DNA from: Spirochaetia bacterium | GTDB taxonomy: Bacteria; Spirochaetota; Spirochaetia; CADAEX01 | Length of the DNA: 64,000 nt | Assembly: GCA_963662795.1 (NCBI GenBank) | Contig: OY759746.1 | Coordinates: forward strand, 896,001 to 960,000 | Direction: 5' to 3' | Part shown: one piece after another, positions 37,862 through 46,272 of the stretch | How the letters are laid out: every line of letters begins with the position of its first letter | How positions within the stretch are numbered: position 1 is the stretch's first letter | Notes under the pieces: model-generated | What the model was told of the DNA's origin: nothing | Database searches by the model: none | The model's input: only the letters and a program-made list of their open reading frames with translations | Made by a program: the position numbers and the translations under genes

Positions 37862-39253
37862 CTACCTTGATGCCGGTACAAACACGCCGTACCCCGGCTT
37901 TCCGATAACTTTTTCATCTTTCATTACAACAGTTCCCCTGACAACAGTATGAACCGGAACACCTTTCACTTTTCTCCCCTCAAACGGACTGTACCCCGCA
38001 CGGCTGTATGCATCATCCTTTGTAAGTATTTTTTCCCTGTTTAGGTCAACAATTGCAAAATCAGCATCTGCTCCAGGCTGGATAACACCTTTTCTCGGCC
38101 AGAAGCCGAACCTCTTTGCCGGAATTTCCGAACCCAGCTCTACAATTCTTTCAAGGGTGATCTTTCCCTCATTATAGGCATTAAGAAAAAGAGCAAGATA
38201 ATCCTGTACATAGGGAGCTCCGCCATGCGCTTTCCACATATCTTTCCAGCCCACCTCTTTCTCATCTATATGATGCGGCGCATGGTCTGTGCCCCAGAAT
38301 GCGGGGAAGGGAAGTTCTTTACTCTGAACAACATCCCAGAGAGCTTTCTGGTCTTTTGGAGGAGTCAGGGTTCCAAGAACATAAGGACCCCGTTTTTTAA
38401 CATCATCCATTGTTATAAAAAAATGAGGCGGATTCATTTCGCAGGAAAGGTCTACACCGTCATTGTAATACCACTCAGCCATTTTTGTTCCCAGATAAGT
38501 ATTTAAATGGAGGAGATTAAGTTTTACCTTAGAAGCGCGCGCCATTATAAAAAGGGTGGCAAAGGCTGTATCATATACAATCGAATCAGCATAGCGGAGT
38601 GCATTAACATAATCTTCCGGCCCGGTGAGCCCTTTTTCCCAGAAATACCTTTTTTCAATCCATTCAAAAAGTTCCTGATTGTGAGGATGTACAGCGCATA
38701 TCGCATTATTTCTTTCGCAGGCCTGAAATATTTCATACAGGTGGCCATAGCTGAGTATTCCAAGTTCAGGCATATGGGGATAGCTTCTTTTTGTGTCATT
38801 CATCATAAAAACCTTTATCCCAATGACTCCCTCACCCATTATTTTATCGACTTCCCTTAAATCAGCGGGAGGACCGATCCAGTGATTAAAATCAATCAGT
38901 GATTTGGTCGCGGCAAGAGCTTTATGCTCTACCGTTCTTTCCCAGGAATTAGTGGAAGGTTTTACATTCGGCATATCAACAGCAAGGGTTACTCCCCCTG
39001 CCGCCGCCGCCTGAGTTGCGGAAGTAATATCCTCTTTATGGGTAAATCCCGGTTCTCTCATGTGTACATGGGTATCTATAAGGCCAGGCAGAACATGCAG
39101 GCCAGATGCATCGATAACAGAATCCGCCTGAATGTCTTCCGCTGAATTAAGTATCGCCTCAACCTTTCCTCCGGTTACTCCTATGTGAACCTTTATAAAA
39201 TCGCCATTGGTATAGACCATACCGTTTTTCACAAGCAGGTCGTAATTCTTCAT
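37862..39253 (-). CDS. Cyclic amidohydrolase (dihydroorotase/allantoinase family)
   Basis: PGLIDTHVHMREPG, AAAGGVT..DMPN, IKVFM, TDHAPH, KG.IQPGADAD and SPFEG motifs. Confidence 0.9.
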   Translation of the reverse strand: MKNYDLLVKNGMVYTNGDFIKVHIGVTGGKVEAILNSAEDIQADSVIDASGLHVLPGLIDTHVHMREPGFTHKEDITSATQAAAAGGVTLAVDMPNVKPSTNSWERTVEHKALAATKSLIDFNHWIGPPADLREVDKIMGEGVIGIKVFMMNDTKRSYPHMPELGILSYGHLYEIFQACERNNAICAVHPHNQELFEWIEKRYFWEKGLTGPEDYVNALRYADSIVYDTAFATLFIMARASKVKLNLLHLNTYLGTKMAEWYYNDGVDLSCEMNPPHFFITMDDVKKRGPYVLGTLTPPKDQKALWDVVQSKELPFPAFWGTDHAPHHIDEKEVGWKDMWKAHGGAPYVQDYLALFLNAYNEGKITLERIVELGSEIPAKRFGFWPRKGVIQPGADADFAIVDLNREKILTKDDAYSRAGYSPFEGRKVKGVPVHTVVRGTVVMKDEKVIGKPGYGVFVPASR

Positions 39254-39284
39254 AATAAAGTACTCCTTGAATAATTATTGTAGT

Positions 39285-39323
39285 TTCTTTATCACTACTC
39301 ATCTTATGAGTAGTGATAAAGAA
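39285..39323. promoter_or_regulatory. Perfect 18-bp-arm palindrome (operator) just downstream of the -10 of the amidohydrolase operon
   Basis: ttctttatcactactcat-ctt-atgagtagtgataaagaa. Confidence 0.75.
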
Positions 39324-39351
39324 TGATAAAACAGGATATCACGTCTGTCAA
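39323..39351 (-). promoter_or_regulatory. Sigma70-type promoter of amidohydrolase-TTT operon
   Basis: TTGACA(39346-39351)-17 bp-TATCAT(39323-39328). Confidence 0.7.
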
Positions 39352-39367
39352 GTTTTTTTTTAGGCTT

Positions 39368-40372
39368 TCAATGCGGAAGTGAAGAGAAAAAGATCAAAAA
39401 TACCGGAAGGAGCAGAACATACAATATATAGGTAACCAGAAGAACGTAGGCTGTCAAATCTTCATTAATGCCTGCGTCCATTGCCATTGTCGACAGGTTG
39501 TTCGCCGGCGGGATATGGAATTCAAGAAACAGGACAAAGATAATAGTTTTATCCAGATTGATGTGGCTCAGTACAAGAAAATATAAAAGATAAAAAATGG
39601 CAGGCATTATTAAATAATGAACAGCTGCTACTCCTGCGAGCACCAGGTTCATCTGTTTCTTGACTGATGAGTGAAGCCTAATGCCTGCAATCATTGCCCC
39701 CAGGTTTACAAGGATAAGGGGCGTAAGCACAGAACCGAGTCTCTCAAGAGCTTTATAGATATAGACAACCGGCAAAGCCGGATCAAAGACAAAATTCTGA
39801 AGATTTAAAAGAGGTATCAAAAGTCCCGCCATAATACCGTATAACGAAGGAGACAGGAGTTCCTTAAATGAAAATTTCACATTGCTGCGGGCTATCAGAA
39901 AGTTGCCGAACGACCACAGAAGCGGGCTGTAGATAAAAAGATAAACACCTATAAAGACTATTGCTTTTTCGAAATTATAGACAGAAGCAATCAAAGGCAT
40001 TGTAAGAGGCAGTATTTCAAGCAGGGAAAGAGGAATATATCCGGCATTGCCGAATGAGCTTAACGCAAGAGCGGCCCTTTTTTCCTTTAAGGGAAGAGAT
40101 ATAAACCTGAATATGATAGATGCAAACAATATTGATATAGCTGGAACTGCTATTGCAGCAATAGGCATGAAAAGAGAGCCTTTCAGAAAAGTGATATCAG
40201 CTTTTCCCATGTTTGCAAAAAAATAAACAGGAAGGGCAACCTTAACAAGAAAACCGCTCAGGGATTTCTGGAAATTCCCGTTTACTAGGCCGGTACGCCT
40301 GATTATAAATCCAAGGCCGATAAGGACAATAAACTGTATAGAGGTGTAAAAACCGGGGATAAGATACTGCAA
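39368..40372 (-). CDS. AEC (auxin efflux carrier) family transporter
   Basis: About 10 TM segments; VALP..F, FGNAGYIPL and HIPPA motifs. Confidence 0.85.
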   Translation of the reverse strand: MQYLIPGFYTSIQFIVLIGLGFIIRRTGLVNGNFQKSLSGFLVKVALPVYFFANMGKADITFLKGSLFMPIAAIAVPAISILFASIIFRFISLPLKEKRAALALSSFGNAGYIPLSLLEILPLTMPLIASVYNFEKAIVFIGVYLFIYSPLLWSFGNFLIARSNVKFSFKELLSPSLYGIMAGLLIPLLNLQNFVFDPALPVVYIYKALERLGSVLTPLILVNLGAMIAGIRLHSSVKKQMNLVLAGVAAVHYLIMPAIFYLLYFLVLSHINLDKTIIFVLFLEFHIPPANNLSTMAMDAGINEDLTAYVLLVTYILYVLLLPVFLIFFSSLPH

Positions 40373-40384
40373 TGCCGGTTCCGC

Positions 40385-40936
40385 CTATTCCTTAATCACT
40401 TCAAGGGCTGCAAGCGGATTATGGTGATGCATCCTGTCTTTTACGGCAAAAACCGTAAATGGTTTTTCCAGATATTTATGAAAAAGGATATCATGGCCCA
40501 GGCATAGTCCCATCTCAATAACAAGGTCTGCGCTGCCGCTGTTAAGATCAAGGGCCTGTCCGATTGGATTGCAGTTTACTCCTCCTTTGAGAGAAGGGCT
40601 TATATCTGATTCCTTTATTCCGTTTATTGTGCACCTGCAGGAGGATACGGCAAGTGAGTTTTCTTCAAGAATGTCTTTTAATTTTACCGCTTCCTTCTCC
40701 ATGGAATAACAGTATGCAAGGGCGACTTCAGCATACCCCTGTGCCCTGCAGAATTCTATAATCTCTTCAAGCCTTGAAAGAGTGCCTGCCCTGCCGCCTG
40801 AGACAAGGCTGTCCGCGTTCTCATATAATTTTACAGTTCCGGGAGCCTCATATTCACTCAGAACAGGGCCCCTGCCCCGGTTGCAGTCCGCTCCCGATTT
40901 TTTACATGCTTTAGAATTACAGCTCAAACAATCCAT
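40385..40936 (-). CDS. DUF1847-like Cys/His-rich metal-binding protein
   Basis: MDCLSC..KAC, SRLEEIIEFC, CNPIGQA, GLCLGHD and VKDR..HNP motifs. Likely start is the ATG at 40936. Confidence 0.78.
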   Translation of the reverse strand: MDCLSCNSKACKKSGADCNRGRGPVLSEYEAPGTVKLYENADSLVSGGRAGTLSRLEEIIEFCRAQGYAEVALAYCYSMEKEAVKLKDILEENSLAVSSCRCTINGIKESDISPSLKGGVNCNPIGQALDLNSGSADLVIEMGLCLGHDILFHKYLEKPFTVFAVKDRMHHHNPLAALEVIKE

Positions 40937-41034
40937 GGGAATCAGTTTCCAATATATACCGATTTTTATCAAGTATCCTCCTATTGACAGAGGCAGTTTC
41001 CTTAATATAGCATGTTCGCATTCTGAACATTAAA

Positions 41035-42471
41035 ATGAAAACACTATTATCAAGACGGTGGAACGAGCCGAACGGGTACAGGGAAATCCTGCTCCTGGCA
41101 ATCCCGCTTATAATAAGCACAGGCAGCTGGTCCATTCAAAGTTTTATTGACAGACTTTTTCTGGCATGGTACTCGACAGAATCAATTGCCGCGGCAATGC
41201 CGGCAGGTATTCTCAACTTTACATTCATGAGTTTCTTCATCGGAGCAGCAGGTTATATCACAACTTTTATAGCCCAGTATAAGGGAGCAGGATATCCCGA
41301 AAAAATCGGACCTGCGCTATGGCAGGGAATTTATCTTTCAGTTGCAGGGGGATTCGTAATAATGATGATAATCCCTCTGGCCCCGGCGTTATTTAAACTG
41401 GCAAATCATGATCCCGCAATACAAAAACTTGAAATTATCTATTTTACAATTCTATGTTACGGAGCGTTTCCCGCGATCGCAGCATCAGCACTTTCAGGGT
41501 TCCACTCAGGGTTGGGATTTACATGGCCGATTATGTGGGTCAACATTTCTGCCACCGCTTTTAACATATTATTTGACTATCTTCTGATTTTCGGCCATGC
41601 GGGATTTCCCGAGATGGGAATAAAAGGTGCTGCGATCGCGACAGCACTTTCAGGAGTTGTTTCTCTATCGCTTTACACCCTGATTATTTTTACAAAAGCC
41701 AATAACAGGATATACAATGTAATAAACGGTTTCCGGTTCGATAAAAAACTTTTTTACCGGCTCCTCAGATTCGGCGCTCCGAGCGGAGCGCAGTTTTTTC
41801 TCGACATTGTTGCATTCACCTTATTCATACTGTTTGTAGGGGTCCTTGGAAAGGATTCACTTGCAGCTACCAATATATCATTCTCAATTAATACAATAAC
41901 ATTTATGCCGATGCTGGGGCTCGGTATTGCTGTCTCTGTGCTGGTAGGGCAGAATCAGGGGCGGGATAGTCCTGACGGCTCGGTAAAATGCGTCTGGAAC
42001 GGTTTTCATCTTACGTTTGCCTATATGTCTTTCATGGCTTTGCTTCTTTTCACTATGCCGGATTTTTTTATCACACCGTTTCTTAAAAAAGCCGACCTGT
42101 CATCGGAGCTTGTGATAAGAGTAATCTGCCGGGTGCTGCTTAAGTATATTGCAGTTTACACACTGTTTGATTCTTTCAACATTCTTTTTGTTTCTGCTTT
42201 AAAGGGCGCTGGCGATACAAGGTTTGTAATGGTAAGCAATACAGCTCTCTCGATTTTTTTCCTTGTTCTTCCTTCCTGGTTTTTTATTTTTAAATTCGGC
42301 AAGGGGATATATGACGTATGGGGACTTGCCACGTTTTACATATGCTCCCTCGGGGTAAACTTTTTACTCCGGTTTCTTTCCGGCAAATGGAAAACGATGA
42401 AGGTGATTGAGGAAGCTCATATAATTATTCCCCCTGTAACGCCTCCCCAGATACCTCTAAATCTGGAGTAA
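41035..42471 (+). CDS. MATE family efflux transporter
   Basis: LAIPLII, IDRLFL, FGH.GFPEMGIKGAAIAT and ALKGAGDT motifs. Confidence 0.92.
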   Translation: MKTLLSRRWNEPNGYREILLLAIPLIISTGSWSIQSFIDRLFLAWYSTESIAAAMPAGILNFTFMSFFIGAAGYITTFIAQYKGAGYPEKIGPALWQGIYLSVAGGFVIMMIIPLAPALFKLANHDPAIQKLEIIYFTILCYGAFPAIAASALSGFHSGLGFTWPIMWVNISATAFNILFDYLLIFGHAGFPEMGIKGAAIATALSGVVSLSLYTLIIFTKANNRIYNVINGFRFDKKLFYRLLRFGAPSGAQFFLDIVAFTLFILFVGVLGKDSLAATNISFSINTITFMPMLGLGIAVSVLVGQNQGRDSPDGSVKCVWNGFHLTFAYMSFMALLLFTMPDFFITPFLKKADLSSELVIRVICRVLLKYIAVYTLFDSFNILFVSALKGAGDTRFVMVSNTALSIFFLVLPSWFFIFKFGKGIYDVWGLATFYICSLGVNFLLRFLSGKWKTMKVIEEAHIIIPPVTPPQIPLNLE

Positions 42472-42595
42472 CATTATTTTAATAAAAGCATATCCGTATC
42501 AGATATTTTCACTTTACATTCCGCATCAACAGACAGACAGGCATCCTTGCGGCTTCAGGACAGGAGATTTTCAACAGATATTTGACTAATAAGCT

Positions 42596-43684
42596 TTAAT
42601 TGCTTTTTTCACTATTTTTTTTATTGTCATGCAAAAATTCCGGATAAAATTTTTTTTCGCAGTCAGGGCAGATACTGTGACTGAAGTCTGCCTCAGAGTG
42701 GGTTGATATATAGGATTCCAGCTGGTTCCAGTATCCCTTATCATCCCTGATTTTTTTACAGTGAGCACATATAGGAAGAAGTCCTCCGAGTTTTTTTACC
42801 CTGCTTAATGCATCTTCAAGCTCTATAATAAGCTTTTCCTTTTCAAGCTCTGAACTCTTTCTTACAGCAATCTCTGCATTCAGCCTGCTATTGACAGCTC
42901 CGAGTTCCCTGAAGATCAACTCGTAGGGATATATTATCCCTGTCTGAATAATAGCCTTATAAATCAGGTAATATGAAAAAATTTTAAAATAGTGTCCTGC
43001 TATATTTGAAAAACCGTAGTTGCTTATATAAAACGCAAAAGCAAGTTCTGAAATCATGGTAAAAATAATTGACCAGAATATGAGCCTGTAGATATCTTCT
43101 TCAAAATTGTTTTTGCTCTTTTTTAAAAAAACAAGTGCAACAAAGAGTATAGCGCATATGATATATTCGCTTGTTATCTTAAAGGGGGTCTGCCCCGCTC
43201 CTTCTATAAAGCATACAGGAAAAATCTTCCATGTAAAAACGGTAAGGATTATGAGAGCAGTAGAAATAAAATAAATCAAAAGCAGCAGATTCAGATTGAC
43301 TTTACGCTTTTCTCCCAGCATAAAGAACGCAAACAGGAGGGTAAGGCTTTCCATGCAGCGGGTGGCTATCCAGAGTTGGTTTGCATAATAATCATAATCC
43401 GTAAAAATATTCATCCCGTGATAAGCAAGCGTATGAAGAAGGTCGAGAAAGGATATAAATAAATATGCAATTCCGATTATGAGCAGATATTGATTATTTA
43501 TATACTTTCTTGAATTCAGGGTAATGATAAAAAGGGAAAACGCCACAACAATACTGAATATTTCAGCAAGTGTATGGAAAAGAAGATAACTGTACATTGT
43601 TGTAAGATAAAGGCCTGCAAGGACCATGACCTTAAGCAGGAAAACCTGTTTGCTTTTAAGTTCTGATGAAAAGATATTTATCAC
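42596..43684 (-). CDS. MASE3 membrane sensor protein with C-terminal CxxC...CxxC domain
   Basis: MASE3 motifs (SYLLFHTLAEIFSI, DLLHTLAY.GM, QLWIA.R, G.TPFK..SEY), a coiled coil, then LLPICAHCKKIRDDKGYW...SHSICPDC. Confidence 0.82.
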   Translation of the reverse strand: MINIFSSELKSKQVFLLKVMVLAGLYLTTMYSYLLFHTLAEIFSIVVAFSLFIITLNSRKYINNQYLLIIGIAYLFISFLDLLHTLAYHGMNIFTDYDYYANQLWIATRCMESLTLLFAFFMLGEKRKVNLNLLLLIYFISTALIILTVFTWKIFPVCFIEGAGQTPFKITSEYIICAILFVALVFLKKSKNNFEEDIYRLIFWSIIFTMISELAFAFYISNYGFSNIAGHYFKIFSYYLIYKAIIQTGIIYPYELIFRELGAVNSRLNAEIAVRKSSELEKEKLIIELEDALSRVKKLGGLLPICAHCKKIRDDKGYWNQLESYISTHSEADFSHSICPDCEKKFYPEFLHDNKKNSEKSN

Positions 43685-44241
43685 AGCTGTTCCTCCTTCC
43701 TGTTTTCAAGAATCAGAAACTGCTTTCTTGCGGAGGCTGCTTTATCCTTAAGTCCAAGCTCATCATATGTGTCAGCAAGATTATACCATGCATCAAGGTG
43801 CTGCCTGTCAATTGCAACTGCTTTTTCAAAACAATCCCTTGCCTCATTAATATTTTCTGTAACAAACTTAAGCACTCCGAGCCTGTTCCAGTATTCGCCG
43901 TTCTCTTTTTCTGCTTCAGACGCTGTCAGATAATATTTTTCCGACTTTCCATAGAGGGATGCCTCGAAACAGGCAAGGCCGCAGTCAAGGGCAAGTTTCC
44001 CCCTGTCCGGCCCGTCAGCTTCAGTATCCGGACCTGCTGGAGCATGGGCAAGAGCTTTATCAAACCATTTAACCGCCTCTTCCTTTTCTCCTTTTTTTAA
44101 GAGCGCAAAGCCGATGTTATAGCATATAAGCGGGTCGCCCGGTGATATTTCGAGTGCCTGCCTGAAATATTTTTCCGCAGTATCATAATCACCGGAAGAT
44201 GAAGCTTCTGCCCCGAGATTGTTTAAATATATTTTATCCAT
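43681..44241 (-). CDS. Tetratricopeptide repeat protein
   Basis: Repeated NNLG/YNIG/WNRLG/WYNLA...A...F.KA TPR units. Confidence 0.88.
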   Translation of the reverse strand: MDKIYLNNLGAEASSSGDYDTAEKYFRQALEISPGDPLICYNIGFALLKKGEKEEAVKWFDKALAHAPAGPDTEADGPDRGKLALDCGLACFEASLYGKSEKYYLTASEAEKENGEYWNRLGVLKFVTENINEARDCFEKAVAIDRQHLDAWYNLADTYDELGLKDKAASARKQFLILENRKEEQL

Positions 44242-45620
44242 TATCCATCTCCTTTTTGCCTGTCATTGCTCATAAGCTCAGAGACGGCAGAGGATTCCTT
44301 TTCAGGGTAAAGATAATAACATATAAAGGAAAAGACAAAAAACAGGGCGGCAAAAAGTGATGTCCTGTATATTCCCGAAACTTCAGGCTTATCTGGAACT
44401 TCCGTAAGCATACTTACAAAAGAATGACCTGCCCCGGAAACAAGGATAAGAGGAAGAACAGCTATTGATACCATAAAAGCCATTTTAAGAAAAAACCCCT
44501 GTATTCCGAAAAATACGCCCTCTATCTGTTTGCCTGTGGATGAAGAGACTGAAGCGCTTATCTCGCTAAGCATTGCCGGCGGAAAGATAAACGCAGCTCC
44601 TGCAACAGGGATGCCGCAGAGGGCAAATATCATAAATCCTGATTCGGCAGGAAGCAGTTTCCCGACCTGAAAAAGTAATATGGAAAACAAAAAAAGCATG
44701 GCCAGAAAGATGAGCATAAGTTTTCTGTATCCTGTTCTGGAGGCAATCCTGTTGATCGGGACAAAGCAGAGCGCTGAGACGCCGAAGAGCAGAGCCGACG
44801 CGGTTGTAATGGATGCGGGATTTTTTCCCATAATATCCGTAACAAAATAATTAAGCGATGCCCGCAGTATGTTAAAACCGATAAAGAAAAAAAGGAGCCC
44901 GCCGAGATAATAGATAAATGCCCTGTCCTTAAAAACTGTTTTAAGCGAAGATTTCAGATCAGATTCCGAAGTCCTGCCGCCGGAATATTTCCTCTCGTTT
45001 ACCGTAAAAGAGGTGACAAATAGCCCTGCTACGGCAAATAACGACAGCATAATCACCATAAGACGGAGACCTTTCTCATCATCTCCGTTTCCGAGGATTG
45101 AAATCAGGATGCCGGGAAGTATCATGGCAACTGCCGTATAAAAAAGCCGGAAAACAGCCTGCCAGGTTGAAAGATTCAGCCTGTCCTGCCGGCCGGAAGA
45201 TAGTTCAGGGATAAGGGCGTTGTAAGGGGCGCCCACTATTGTATAGAAAATGAAAAACAGGCTTCCTGTTGATGCAAGATAGTAAAACGAAACAGCCCCG
45301 CCCGCTTTCGGGGGATAAAAAAAGGCTATTGTGCAAAGGGCAAGGGGGACTGTCCCTGCAAAAACAAAAGGTATCCTTCTGCCCCACTTTGTGGAAACCC
45401 TGTCAGACCAGTGGCCGACAAGGGGATCAGAAACCATGTCGACAAAACGTGAAATTACAAGTGCAAGCGCTATCAGGACCGGGGAGAGAAACGGCCGGAA
45501 ACTGAACCGCTCCGGTGGCAGATAGTAGGTAAGTACCCACTGGGCGAATATCTGGTCAAAAACAGCATAACTTACACCGACTCCATAGAGCACCTGCAGG
45601 GAAAGGGGCAGTTTTTTCAT
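44241..45620 (-). CDS. MFS transporter, GPH/MelB-like (MFS_2)
   Basis: D.VSDPLVGHWSDR.STKWGRR.PF, PYNALIPEL and EGVFFG motifs. Likely start is the ATG at 45620. Confidence 0.88.
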   Translation of the reverse strand: MKKLPLSLQVLYGVGVSYAVFDQIFAQWVLTYYLPPERFSFRPFLSPVLIALALVISRFVDMVSDPLVGHWSDRVSTKWGRRIPFVFAGTVPLALCTIAFFYPPKAGGAVSFYYLASTGSLFFIFYTIVGAPYNALIPELSSGRQDRLNLSTWQAVFRLFYTAVAMILPGILISILGNGDDEKGLRLMVIMLSLFAVAGLFVTSFTVNERKYSGGRTSESDLKSSLKTVFKDRAFIYYLGGLLFFFIGFNILRASLNYFVTDIMGKNPASITTASALLFGVSALCFVPINRIASRTGYRKLMLIFLAMLFLFSILLFQVGKLLPAESGFMIFALCGIPVAGAAFIFPPAMLSEISASVSSSTGKQIEGVFFGIQGFFLKMAFMVSIAVLPLILVSGAGHSFVSMLTEVPDKPEVSGIYRTSLFAALFFVFSFICYYLYPEKESSAVSELMSNDRQKGDG

Positions 45621-45656
45621 AGAAAAGATATTACATTTTAAGGAGAATCTGCGCAA

Positions 45657-45746
45657 TGCCAGCTGCCGCTACGGTTGGGGTTGGGATTGCGGCTTCAGCT
45701 GCGGCTGCATCAGCGGTTACGGTTATGGGTATGGCTGCGGGGGGGA
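45657..45746. repeat. GC-rich degenerate hexamer repeat
   Basis: gctacg gttggg gttggg attgcg gcttca gctgcg gctgca tcagcg gttacg gttatg ggtatg gctgcg. Confidence 0.55.
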
Positions 45747-45858
45747 GTTTTCTGCCTGAAAAGCGGCAGTGCAAAAAGGGAAATTTCAGGGATTCACCCG
45801 GGACAGAGCTTTCCTTAAGCAGAATATTGAGTAGAATGCAGGCAGCTGCCTGTTGCTC

Positions 45859-46272
45859 TCATGGATTTCCTCTTATCATGATAATCGGGACTGAAACCGT
45901 GTGTTTAAGGTGGTCGGATATACTGCCAAATAAAATATCAGATAACATCTTGTGCCCATGGGTTGCAAGTGCAATAAGGTCATATTTACCTGTATCAATT
46001 TCTTTCACCAATTCAACTTCAGGTTCTCCACTTAATAAAAGAATATTTGTTTTTACCGATTTTTTTTCAAATAGAGTGAGATAATCACTCATACATTTAT
46101 CAGCTTTATCTTTTAATGCTGTATCCTGATCAATCGTATGGGAATGAATCACATGAGTAAGCGTGACTACAGCATTCCCACAAGAGGCTATTTTTTCTAT
46201 AATCTGAATTATTGCATTGTCAACAGGCGAACAATCAACCAGTAGCATGATATTATTAAATAAACAATTCAT
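45859..46272 (-). CDS. Universal stress protein (Usp family)
   Basis: NIMLLVDCS, GEPEVEL, DLIALATHGH...LFGS motifs; overlaps the mntH stop. Confidence 0.88.
   Translation of the reverse strand: MNCLFNNIMLLVDCSPVDNAIIQIIEKIASCGNAVVTLTHVIHSHTIDQDTALKDKADKCMSDYLTLFEKKSVKTNILLLSGEPEVELVKEIDTGKYDLIALATHGHKMLSDILFGSISDHLKHTVSVPIIMIRGNP

Noticed and set aside
36818-39253. pyrC-pyrD pyrimidine biosynthesis genes
   Set aside because: No pyrB, pyrE, pyrF or pyrK is present, the substrate-binding Asns are missing, and the genes are co-transcribed with an importer and a repressor.
45657-45760. RiPP precursor (Cys/Gly/Tyr-rich peptide)
   Set aside because: That frame has no ATG, GTG or TTG start, and there are no modification enzymes (radical SAM, YcaO, LanM) in the window. 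It is kept only as a low-interest repeat.
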